Both the position numbers and the translations under genes were made by a program. A stretch of 25,729 nt of DNA. Origin: Ginkgo biloba (taxonomy: Eukaryota > Plantae > Ginkgophyta). The notes beneath the pieces were generated by a model, which had not been told where the DNA came from, searched no databases, and worked only from the letters and a program-made list of their open reading frames with translations. Numbering within the stretch: the first letter of the stretch is position 1; each line of letters opens with the position of its first letter. The stretch lies in contig JANKJI020000002.1 of assembly GCA_024626585.2 (NCBI GenBank), positions 166,140,667-166,166,395 of the forward strand, written 5' to 3'. This document shows positions 11,597-21,595 of the stretch, piece after piece.

Positions 11597-12355
11597 TGAT
11601 CCATTGTCCTTGACAAAATATGCTAATTTTGCCTAATAAAACATACTATGCACGTTGATTCTTACATTATTTTCAGCATTAACGATCTTTAAACACTTAT
11701 AAAAATTGCAAAAGAATGTTCTTGATGCTTTAAATTTTATTGCGTGAAAATTCATGTCAATTAAAGAAGGCAGTTCAATTTTTTACAATTGCTATGAATT
11801 TAAACTATGTCAATTTGAGAAAATCATTGCAGGTTTCTCCCATAACTAGTTTGCTTTTTCAAGCTGCATTCATTCAATTATTTTTAGCGCTTCCACTTAA
11901 TTTTATAACATAAGGTCTCTAAAGCACTTTATAAGCATGTTACCTTTTAGTCAAACTATATTTGGCTACTTGCCTTTTGCCGACCTTGCACGCAATAGAC
12001 TTTTCCTTTAGCTTGGTCTATTTAGACAAATTGAGTGATATTTCAAATTAGACCTTCATAGTTCAACAAAACTCTCATTAGTTGCCACAAGAAAATCATT
12101 TTTCTTATTCATCTTATGCTTTACACTAGGATTTTCCCAATGGAATACTTCAAATCCAGACTACTTGAGAGGGTTCAATTAAAAGTTAAATTTGTGCCCA
12201 TGCGCATGTGGATTCTTATGGGTGGACAGATTTTTAGCTAGCTTTATGGTGTTTATATATGTGCTATTGGTTACCTCCCAAATACTAAGGATTTACTCCA
12301 ATTATTTCAAGTCTTCCACTCTCCTTNNNNNNNNNNNNNNNNNNNNNNNGTATCA
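11597..12355 (+). repeat. 3' LTR (TGATCC...GTATCA), about 760 bp
   Basis: It starts directly after the PPT and ends in gtatca at 12350-12355, where the sequence character changes. TGAT...ATCA termini are typical of CRM-like elements. Confidence 0.6.
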
Positions 12356-14196
12356 CATTTACATAGAAATACAAAATGTAAAAACAATAGTATATCGTTA
12401 AAAACAAAATACCCTTTCTCCGAATATTAAAAATTGGCAAGCACTTCATTTGATTAGAAATTCTAGACTAATATGACAAAACAGACCCTTTTTCCCTTTC
12501 AATGTCCAAGCCTCTATCTCTAATCCATCCTCTTAAGTAGTTAAAAAATATAATGGTACAAATATCATTAGGCTACATAACAGAAATATAGAACAACTCG
12601 GCACTATAATATGTCTAAGATAGACTGGAATTGTTTAAACCACTGATGTTTGCTTTAATCAGAATTTATGATAGATCGATTTTCTCCTTTGGTGTACAAA
12701 TTACAATGATCACAAGATTCCATAAACCAATAGCAATACTCCTCCACAGAAAAAAATATGTTCACTTCTTGCCTAAATCAATATATGGGCGGTTCCCCCA
12801 CCAAACAAAATCCTGGCATAAATTTCCATGAATGAATGAGAACAATTCTCCGAACTGATCCTAAGTTATCTAATATGATCCATATGATTCATTCTGAAAC
12901 CCCAGGGGTATCATAGTAAATCTTTGGGAAGTCTCCCTTTGAAGNNNNNNNNNNNNNNNNNNNNNNNNNNNNNNNNNNNNNNNNNNNNNNNNNNNNNNNN
13001 NNNNNNNNNNNNNNNNNNNNNNNNNNNNNNNNNNNNNNNNNNNNNNNNNNNNNNNNNNNNNNNNNNNNNNNNNNNNNNNNNNNNNNNNNNNNNNNNNNNN
13101 NNNNNNNNNNNNNNNNNNNNNNNNNNNNNNNNNNNNNNNNNNNNNNNNNNNNNNNNNNNNNNNNNNNNNNNNNNNNNNNNNNNNNNNNNNNNNNNNNNNN
13201 TATTCATTAAATTATTATATCTATCTTATCCCTCCTTACAAATTTTATAATGCTCCACACAAGTAAAGCCATATGGTTATAGTGCAACGAAATTTGTTAA
13301 AACACCTTGAACACACTATCTAAACAAAACTAAGAGCACAATCACATCAAGAAGGGGGCTTCTGATTTCACTCGGACTTTAGGAGCTTAATGACAGAGTG
13401 GTATCATCAAACTTTAGACATACTCGCTCAAACTGCTTGCAAGAAAGACTGATGATCACATTAACAGAAATTTTTAAAGAAGTCATCCTAAAATTTAGGA
13501 TAAATCCTCCTGAGCAACCAGTGAGAATTCCTGATCATCCTCTCTATGGGGAGCTAAGTTCAGCCTCGCATGAAGATGGCCATCGCATATCAAAAAGATT
13601 GTGATTTGTCCCAAGCAACTGAAGCTTTAGGATTGATGTGGCCACTTGCTGCTAAGTTTTACAAACCTGGCGGCCATCTAAAAGACCGTGCATGCAATAA
13701 GAAGATGAATCATATAAAACAACAAGAGCACAAACTAAACCCATTATGACTGAATTGAATTTTTTTTCGGATTTAAGACAATTACATTAGTTTGAAAATA
13801 TCTTACAAAATTACGATATCTGACCATTCAACCAAAACTTAAAAAATAAATCCTGCAGTCCAAGATCCGTGTTAGATTTCCAACATCATAACGTCAGATT
13901 TCCAAAATCATATAAGACTGACCTCTAACAAATACCAAGTGCTAACCAGCAGCCCCTATACTTGGAATTTTCCCTCTGAAGGGGAATGTGAAAGATTTGG
14001 AATTTTTATCGTTTAGGTTTGGATACAGGGAAACTTTAGAAAAGATAGCAAGTTCTTTTTTTCCGTATTGAAAACAAAATATCTTCAAGAGGGTTTAGCA
14101 ACCTACCAATTATGTTTGATTCGATACAAATAAATAACTATCAAATATATTCATTTGGGTTCGGGTTTTTAGAGGGTTTTAAGAACGTATACTCGC

Positions 14197-14331
14197 CTTT
14201 TTAAGAATGCAGGTTCGTAGTGCAGAGAGAAGAATAATGCATCGTTCCTGTTCATAGGGTGTTCCTGCCACACAGTTGAGCAGCTCCAAGGCCTCCTCCG
14301 CACAGGCAGGCTGTGAAGAAGTTTCAGACAT
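14197..14331 (-). CDS. First coding exon of a small twin-CX9C (CHCH-fold) protein, probably a mitochondrial intermembrane-space protein
   Basis: ATG at 14331 begins 45 uninterrupted codons, MSETSSQPACAEEALELLNCVAGTPYEQERCIILLSALRTCILKK. Cys at positions 10, 20, 31 and 41 gives CX9C-X10-CX9C. GC content is higher than the flanks. It resembles a conserved uncharacterised plant family (recalled as 'C..EAL.LLNC....P.DQ.KC..LL..LR.C...KKVKKF'). The exon ends at AAG|GCGAGT. The downstream exon is not securely located and may be in the gap 12945-13200. Confidence 0.85.
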
Positions 14332-15326
14332 TCTTCCAATGTAAATGCAACAACACTTGAATGATAATGAACGAATCAATCACTAGGTTGAGCTGCCCAC
14401 ATAATCAGGACAACAACTTGTGGTTATTTTTTATCACACAGCTGTTCGAGGTCCACTAAAATCGCAGATCAAGGTCCCTAAATGCTTCTTTGTGCACTCA
14501 CCAAAATGCCAATGCTGGTAACAGACATAAATCATGGTGTATGACCTAACCATTCCCAAATTCCAGATAGCCAACAACAGTCCAATTATTAAGAATTCTA
14601 TTTAATCTATCTGATCTAACCCCTTTTTCCCCAAAATACCTGTGCCTGCAACTGCAAGAATATAATGTGGACAAAATATATGAATGAATTTTATGAGGGA
14701 ACTCTCTCTTGTAAATCTGAAGGAAATCTCATATATATNNNNNNNNNNNNNNNNNNNNNNNNNNNNNNNNNNNNNNNNNNNNNNNNNNNNNNNNNNNNNN
14801 NNNNNNNNNNNNNNNNNNNNNNNNNNNNNNNNNNNNNNTTACCAAGTAGATCTGACTTAGGAGTATGTTATGTTACAGAGATTACCTGAATTTACACTTA
14901 AGGAGTTCAATTAGCAATCAATTTCTCTTTATAGGACATGGGTGAGCTATGCATGTTTGGGCTTCTTATTTTTATCCCCTACTGCTTAGTGTTATCAGTA
15001 AAACACATGATTAATCACATGATATTTACCCAATATAGACATCTTGTATACACATACAACTAGTTTTAAGTTTGTTCCCATAGTTTTGCAATGTTAATTC
15101 ATTGGGATTTGTTAACTTGCAAAGTTGAGGAGGGTATTAAGAGCTTAATGATGGAAGAGGCAAGTGCATTTCTGAGGTTATACCCAGACTTTGTAGAAAT
15201 TNNNNNNNNNNNNNNNNNNNNNNNNNNNNNNNNNNNNNNNNNCCATTATCCTATGAATTGCATGTTATACATTATGTAATGCATAATGTAGTGTACGGTG
15301 CTTCTAGTGATGTGTGTAGACCCAAT

Positions 15327-15692
15327 ATGGGGGATGAACTCATTGAAGGCCCTAGACTTAGAACTAGTATGAGAAGAAAAGTTATCATTGTATCTACATA
15401 AGAGGTTAAAAGTAAAGATGATGCTGAGAGTGATGATGACTATGACGATGGCAAGGATGATGACCATGAAGAAGAAGGTGAAGAAGAGGAGGAAGATTTA
15501 TCTAGGGATGACGAGGGATATAAGAAAAATGATGGAAAAGTTGTTGATGATGATGATAAGGATGATGAGGAAGATGCTAATGGAAATGATGAAGGGGATG
15601 AGGACAAATAAGATGATGAAGATGGTGAGGAGGATGAAGAGGATGAGGAGGATGAATAGGTTTCAGAGCCCCTGACTAAAATAAAAAAGTGA
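15327..15692 (+). pseudogene. Pseudogene of a plant Asp/Glu-rich small nuclear protein with a C-terminal basic NLS
   Basis: The frame reads '...*EVKSKDDAESDDDYDDGKDDDHEEEGEEEEEDLSRDDEG...EEDANGNDEGDEDK*DDEDGEEDEEDEEDE*VSEPLTKIKK*'. In-frame stops are at 15399, 15609 and 15657. The EEDLS, ANG and terminal (E/Q)PPxKKRK-like motifs match a plant acidic protein family as recalled. Confidence 0.7.
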
Positions 15693-17381
15693 AAATATAA
15701 CTTTTTAGATAAGCTTTACAAATTTTATGTAGGAAATTATTTCAAGCTTGTCTTAGGGCATTGAGTTGGTGTCTACTTCTCCTCATATTTCATATGTTTT
15801 CCTGTTATTTTTCTTCATACAAATGGAATAAATACAAAAAGGCTTGGTTTTGATATGGATTCTAACTTTAAAATTATAGTATTTATAGGCTTGCTCTATG
15901 GATAAAATGTCTGGATAGGTTGGGGTCTATTGCAATACCAGAGATCCAATAGTGTCATGTCCATTGCTCTCAACTATGAAAATCTAGGTAATTTTATTTT
16001 TGTTATCTAAGTTGAAAGCCTAATTCCCACTTCATTATATAACAATCTCAACTCTGGGTTTAAATGTAGAAAAATCATAGAGCTAACAATTTTTAAAAAG
16101 TATACTTTAAAAATTTAAATCTATTATAATCCTACTACTCTAAAAAAATATTGGCTTTTTTTGTCCTTCGTCATTGATAAAGGGAAAATAAATTTAAAAG
16201 TTTATTGATATATGCAGAACAATGGGCCTTTTAATCATAATCCCAAAACACTAAAATCTCTATTTGCAAGCATGAAGGTTAAGTGAATGAGGATATGGAC
16301 ATAGGGTTTGATAATTGAGAAAAGAACATTCAACATTTAAAAAAGGAAAATAAATAAATAAATTGGAATGACATAAAATACCTATTATAAGCAGTTTATT
16401 CTCTATATAAAGTCTAGCGCAACTTTTTGAAATGACTTCAAATTCAATAAAGTATAGGATCTGAAAACAACATAATGCTGACAACAAAGATGTCTATCAA
16501 TTTTTTGCAATTTTTGGTAGCTAGAACGATTTTTTTGAGAGACTAACAAAAAAAATTATATTTCCAAGCAAGCAATTCATTCAAGTTCAAATATTAGTTA
16601 TATGACTAAACATGTACTTCTTAGTTATACAACTAGACACGGTATTTTTTATTTGGTTTGCATGTAATAGAATCCAATGTTGTTATTTTTTGCATGCAAT
16701 ATAATCCAAGGTTTTTTCTTAATAGTCATTTCNNNNNNNNNNNNNNNNNNNNNNNNNNNNNNNNNNNNNNNNNNNNNNNNNNNNNNNNNNNNNNNNNNNN
16801 NNNNNNNNNNNNNNNNNNNNNNNNNNNNNNNNGGATAGAGGCTTCCCATAAAGGATGGAGGCTACCTTCATTCTCCCTCTTCTAGGGAGGGTGAGTTATC
16901 CCTATCTCTGGATGATCTTCTAATGTTGTTGATGATGAGAGGGACCATGAATGGTTTTGTATGGGAACACACATCTCCTACCTTTTTTTATCAACGATCA
17001 ATCCATCCTGAGTCTTTCTTATATAACTCTACACCTCTTCCCTTACCTTGGAGAGAAAAAGAAGGCTGAAATTTTTTATCTAAATGATGGGATAATTGAG
17101 AGCTATAAGGTGGATGGGACATGTGGGATATGATGATCTACTACTCGTGAAAGAGTCTTTCACTTAAATGATGCACACAATCTTGAGTAAAAGGGAAAGT
17201 TTCCCTTCTCCAACGAATAACTTATAATTTAGCTTAAGGGTGTTCTTCATTATCACTCGCTACCAAAATCTTCTTTAAGTCTCATTTCTTCCTTGAACTG
17301 CTTTTAAATTTCTCATAATGAAGGGGACCTATATACTCCTTTTTCAATAAACATATTTGATGTACATACTTATAAAGGGAA

Positions 17382-17926
17382 TGTGATATTTCATGATATG
17401 TTTCATTAGATTTCAACTTGTGGACTATTTCGGTATAAATGTGTGCTCTACCTAGGTGTTATAGCCCATTTTAGCACCTCTAATATCCATGCTAACTAGT
17501 TAACCGATGCATCACTATTTATATTGTGACCATGTGCATGTCTCTAAGTCGACTTTGTGGCATTTCATGCTTACCCTATGGTTAACCTTGAATAGTCATC
17601 ATTATCCTATAAATACCCCTTTTATACAAATGAGAAAAAGGGGGGATCTTCTATTATTCAACAATTCTATTATCGCCTTCATCCTTTCTTCCCCTATGGG
17701 GAGGAAAGGGGGTTTCCATTAGTAAATATCATCATGAGACAAAGAGAGAGCATATCTTGTATCTATTTTGTATATCATTATTAATGAGATTTTTCAACAC
17801 ATTTCCATCTCATCTGGTGTTATCTTTATTTATGTTGTATCTCTCATGATTTATTTGTGCATGTTATTTATATTAAGGACTCTATATGCATAAAGAACCC
17901 CCTTAGTCCTTTAAATGCATTCTTCA
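17382..17926 (+). repeat. LTR-like segment (TG...CA)
   Basis: It begins with TG after a purine run (aaagggaa) and contains cctataaata (about 17606-17615). It ends ...ttca, followed by taggtatcatacca, a degenerate tRNAiMet PBS (consensus tggtatcagagc). Confidence 0.5.
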
Positions 17927-18040
17927 TAGGTATCATACCAAGGAAGTGATATCTTCCAAAAACACCCATCATACACTAATTTATCTTAGGTATCCTAGAT
18001 AGATATGGATAGATATGTTAGTATGTCTCAAGTGAGGTAG

Positions 18041-18262
18041 GAGAGAGATGATATTATTAATAAGAGGGATGTTATAATTAGGGAGAGGGATATTGCCATT
18101 AAGGAGAGAGATGCATTTAGAGTGAATATTAATACTATTAGAGTAGAGAGAGAGGTTATCCTTATAGTAAGGGAAGTTATTATTATAGTGAGAGAGGCTA
18201 CCATAGTAGAGAGGGAGGCAATGATAACACATAGAGATATTATGGTTGATACTATCACTTAG
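18041..18262 (+). repeat. Degenerate 21-bp tandem repeat encoding a heptad (ERD-type) coiled-coil remnant
   Basis: About 10 units. The + frame reads ERDDIINKRDVIIRERDIAIKERDAF...VEREVILIVREVIIIVREATIVEREAMITHRD without stops. Confidence 0.65.
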
Positions 18263-20019
18263 TATTGAGTATGATATATTCTAGTGGAGCATCATTGTGA
18301 TGTACTAGGTAGACAATTTATAGTTTATGAGTCATACGTAAGGAGTATTAGTTTTGTGCCCATTATTCTTGATCTTATTTCTCTACTCCTTATAACTCTG
18401 CCATCTAATCATGAGTGTAGTATTTTTGGGTATNNNNNNNNNNNNNNNNNNNNNNNNNNNNNNNNNNNNNNNNNNNNNNNNNNNNNNNNNNNNNNNNNNN
18501 NNNNNNNNNNNNNNNNNNNNNNNNNNNNNNNNNACTAAATGATGCATCCATTAGTAGAGAACTAAAGGCAAAACCTTTACTATGTGAAACACTTAACTAA
18601 TACAAAGGTAAATCCACCCTTTTGTACTGCTATAATATCTATTATACCTACTACATCATCCCCTCTATATGGACAATACAAGTCTATCCCTATCTACAAC
18701 TAATTTTCATGACAAAATTCATTTGATTTGTCTCTAAGGAAACAGGGGTGATGTTCCCTATAAGTGTCACCACTTTTCTTGACAATGTCACATGTTTCTA
18801 GAGCTATGCCACACTGTTTCTCACAACAACATTACAATTTTATCTTATGATACATATTTTTCTTAAAAGAAAAAAACTTACAAGGAAGGTTTTGTGCATA
18901 TATGGACTTTGTGCGTGGACCTAAACAAGGACCTAATGGTGCCTTGTTGACTTGTAACTTACTTGTATGAATTACAACAACTAATATTCAACACTCTTAA
19001 GAATTTCAAAGTATAGGATTTAGAAAAATCATAAAGTAATCACAAAGCAATTAGATAACAAAAAAGAAGCTCTCTCAATTACAAATGTGCAATGTGTAAG
19101 AGTATAAAATTAAAAAATAAATGTGTATAACTTCTTTTATGCAGAAGTATTTTATAAACATAATAACATAGGCTCAAAGAGGAAACATTCCCATACACAT
19201 TCACAATATCCCATGCATGTTATGTAAGGAAAATTAGGTAATGCCTGAGAAAGTAAGCATGCCCATGCACATCTTATGTCTAAAAAGAAACTACTCATGT
19301 AATCATGGATTAGTTTCCATGAAATTATCCATGATAGGTAATTATGACTAGTTTCCATAAGTGATCTTATAAATATGAATAATCCTCTCATAACATTACT
19401 AAATATAATCCCCTCCTAAGACTACTCATGGTCATATTCCCCAACTAAGATAAACCCTATGGGACCATATGCTAACCCCCTTTTAGTGCTTGATAGCACA
19501 TAAAAAAACCACCCAAAATAGATCAAACTTGATAATCTTAGGGGAATTCAAACTTTTTGAGACTATCCTAGGGATCATATAAGGGAATTTTACATAATTC
19601 CACCCTTATTAGGAGTGTATTAAAAAATTATCTAGTGAGGAACCATCACAAGCTCAATTTAACACTCGATGCAAAGGTGATTTTAAAAANNNNNNNNNNN
19701 NNNNNNNNNNNNNNNNNNNNNNNNNNNNNNNNNNNNNNNNNNNNNNNNNNNNNNNNNNNNNNNNNNNNNNNNNNNNNNNNNNNNNNNNNTGTTGAATAAC
19801 ATTATTGTAGAGTATTTTCAAAATTATAATTTTTTTTAGAAATGTATATGTTACTTAAGATTTTAACCCCATAAGTTTGTCCTCAATTTACAACTAAAGG
19901 TTTTGAACCAACTCATAAGGTTTTCCCTTCTTTGTGCAATCCCTCTTACTAAACTATAGGTTCTCCATACATGTGAGCATAGTTACTAAAGTGATTCTAT
20001 AGGAAAGGTAGCAAATCAT

Positions 20020-20195
20020 AAACCTAAAAATCCTAGTATTAGAAACCTAAAATCCTTAGAAACCAAATGCTATAAACTTAAACACCCTAGAAACCTTGGA
20101 ATTAGATACTTACGATCCCTAACATTAGAAACCCTAGAAAAATAACATAAGAAATGTAGAAACCCTATTAGAATAAAAAACTTAAAAACTCAAAA
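20020..20195 (+). repeat. Degenerate AAACCCT(A)-like repeat cluster
   Basis: Repeated aaacctaa, agaaaccctag and aaaccctat units separated by short spacers. Confidence 0.6.
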
Positions 20196-21595
20196 AATGA
20201 GGTACATTGTTGAAATACATAATGTTGAAGTTGAAATAGAATTTTATGATGAGTTAATAAGTAGAAAGAGAGAATCAATATGTGTTTTGATTATATGCAA
20301 CCAACTCATATAAGTTTGAATTACCTTAACAAAAGTAAAGATCTAAATTCTTTTGGTGAGATCCAAGCTTCTTTATAGATAAAGGTTTTGAATTCTAACA
20401 AATCAAGATTGATATATACATTCGATTATGTTTACATTAGTGGATCTAAGAGTCATAATAAATAATGGTAGAATCCAATACATTTTAACATGTCCTTATG
20501 TTTGTATAGGTCACTCTAATAAATTCCACCTTAACTTATTTCATCTTGATGCCCAATGTAAATAAGTGTATGCATATTCATATTTCACCTTGTTTCCTTG
20601 TGCATGTAAGTATTTCACATTATATCAAAAGGGAAATGACCTAGTTAAAGTATTAGGAAAATAAACATGTTAATATTAGAACCTAATTGAAGTATAAACA
20701 ATGTGAATATTAGGGTTACCTAACTTGGTTTATTTCTACATTGTAGAGCAATACAAAAAAAGTTCTCACAATTCACCAATTAGGAGATTTTATTTTCAAC
20801 TAGGTAGTGGGACATTGGACTTGCCATACTAAGGCAAATCTTGTCTTTACAAAATATATGCTTTTCTACCCTAAAATTTGCTAAATAGTATTATTGCAAA
20901 GCATTTTTGGAATTATAAATATTATTGGAAATGAANNNNNNNNNNNNNNNNNNNNNNNNNNNNNNNNNNNNNNNNNNNNNNNNNNNNNNNNNNNNNNNNN
21001 NNNNNNNNNNNNNNNNNNNNNNNNNNNNNNNNNNNNNNNNNNNNNNNNNNNNNNNNNNNNNNNNNNNNNNNNNNNNNNNNNNNNNNNNNNNNNNNNNNNN
21101 NNNNNNNNNNNNNNNNNNNNNNNNNNNNNNNNNNNNNNNNNNNNNNNNNNNNNNNNNNNNNNNNNNNNNNNNNNNNNNNNNNNNNNNNNNNNNNNNNNNN
21201 NNNNNNNNNNNNNNNNNNNNNNNNNNNNNNNNNNNNNNNNNNNNNNNNNNNNNNNNNNNNNNNNNNNNNNNNNNNNNNNNNNNNNNNNNNNNNNNNNNNN
21301 NNNNNNNNNNNNNNNNNNNNNNNNNNNNNNNNNNNNNNNNNNNNNNNNNNNNNNNNNNNNNNNNNNNNNNNNNNNNNNNNNNNNNNNNNNNNNNNNNNNN
21401 NNNNNNNNNNNNNNNNNNNNNNNNNNNNNNNNNNNNNNNNNNNNNNNNNNNNNNNNNNNNNNNNNNNNNNNNNNNNNNNNNNNNNNNNNNNNNNNNNNNN
21501 NNNNNNNNNNNNNNNNNNNNNNNNNNNNNNNNNNNNNNNNNNNNNNNNNNNNNNNNNNNNNNNNNNNNNNNNNNNNNNNNNNNNNNNNNNNNNNN

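Larger units (their letters stand above)
9062..12355 (+). mobile_element. Degenerate Ty3/gypsy element, CRM/chromovirus-like; gag remnants, integrase, PPT and 3' LTR, with no visible RT/RNase H
   Basis: Integrase at 10569-11505 is followed by a PPT and a TGAT...ATCA LTR. A weakly similar TGATCC start at 9062 may be the 5' LTR (uncertain). Confidence 0.72.

Noticed and set aside
9057-12360. Target-site duplication around the CRM-like element
   Set aside because: The flanks cttta and cattt do not match as a 5-bp TSD, and the 5' boundary is uncertain.
13445-13540. Possible intronic C/D-box snoRNA (TGATGA at about 13450, CTGA at about 13531) and the palindrome atcctaaaatttaggat
   Set aside because: The boxes are on the strand opposite the host gene, no terminal stem flanks them, and no rRNA guide is recognisable.
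13398-13604. 68-aa plus-strand ORF
   Set aside because: It has a GTG start, no recognisable motif, and lies antisense within the probable intron or UTR of the CX9C gene.
13870-13915. Tandem duplication of about 22 bp (agatttccaa.atcata)
   Set aside because: It is real but has only two copies and looks like ordinary intronic slippage.
15388-15675. Met/Lys/Arg-rich 95-aa ORF as a real gene
   Set aside because: It is a frame-shifted reading of GAT/GAG codons of the acidic pseudogene, with a non-ATG start.
18041-18262. CRISPR-like array
   Set aside because: The units are contiguous and degenerate with no unique spacers, the context is eukaryotic, and there are no cas genes.
18900-19420. Possible minus-strand LTR with a PPT at about 19409-19419
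   Set aside because: No clean TG...CA termini or partner LTR was found, so it is too weak to call.
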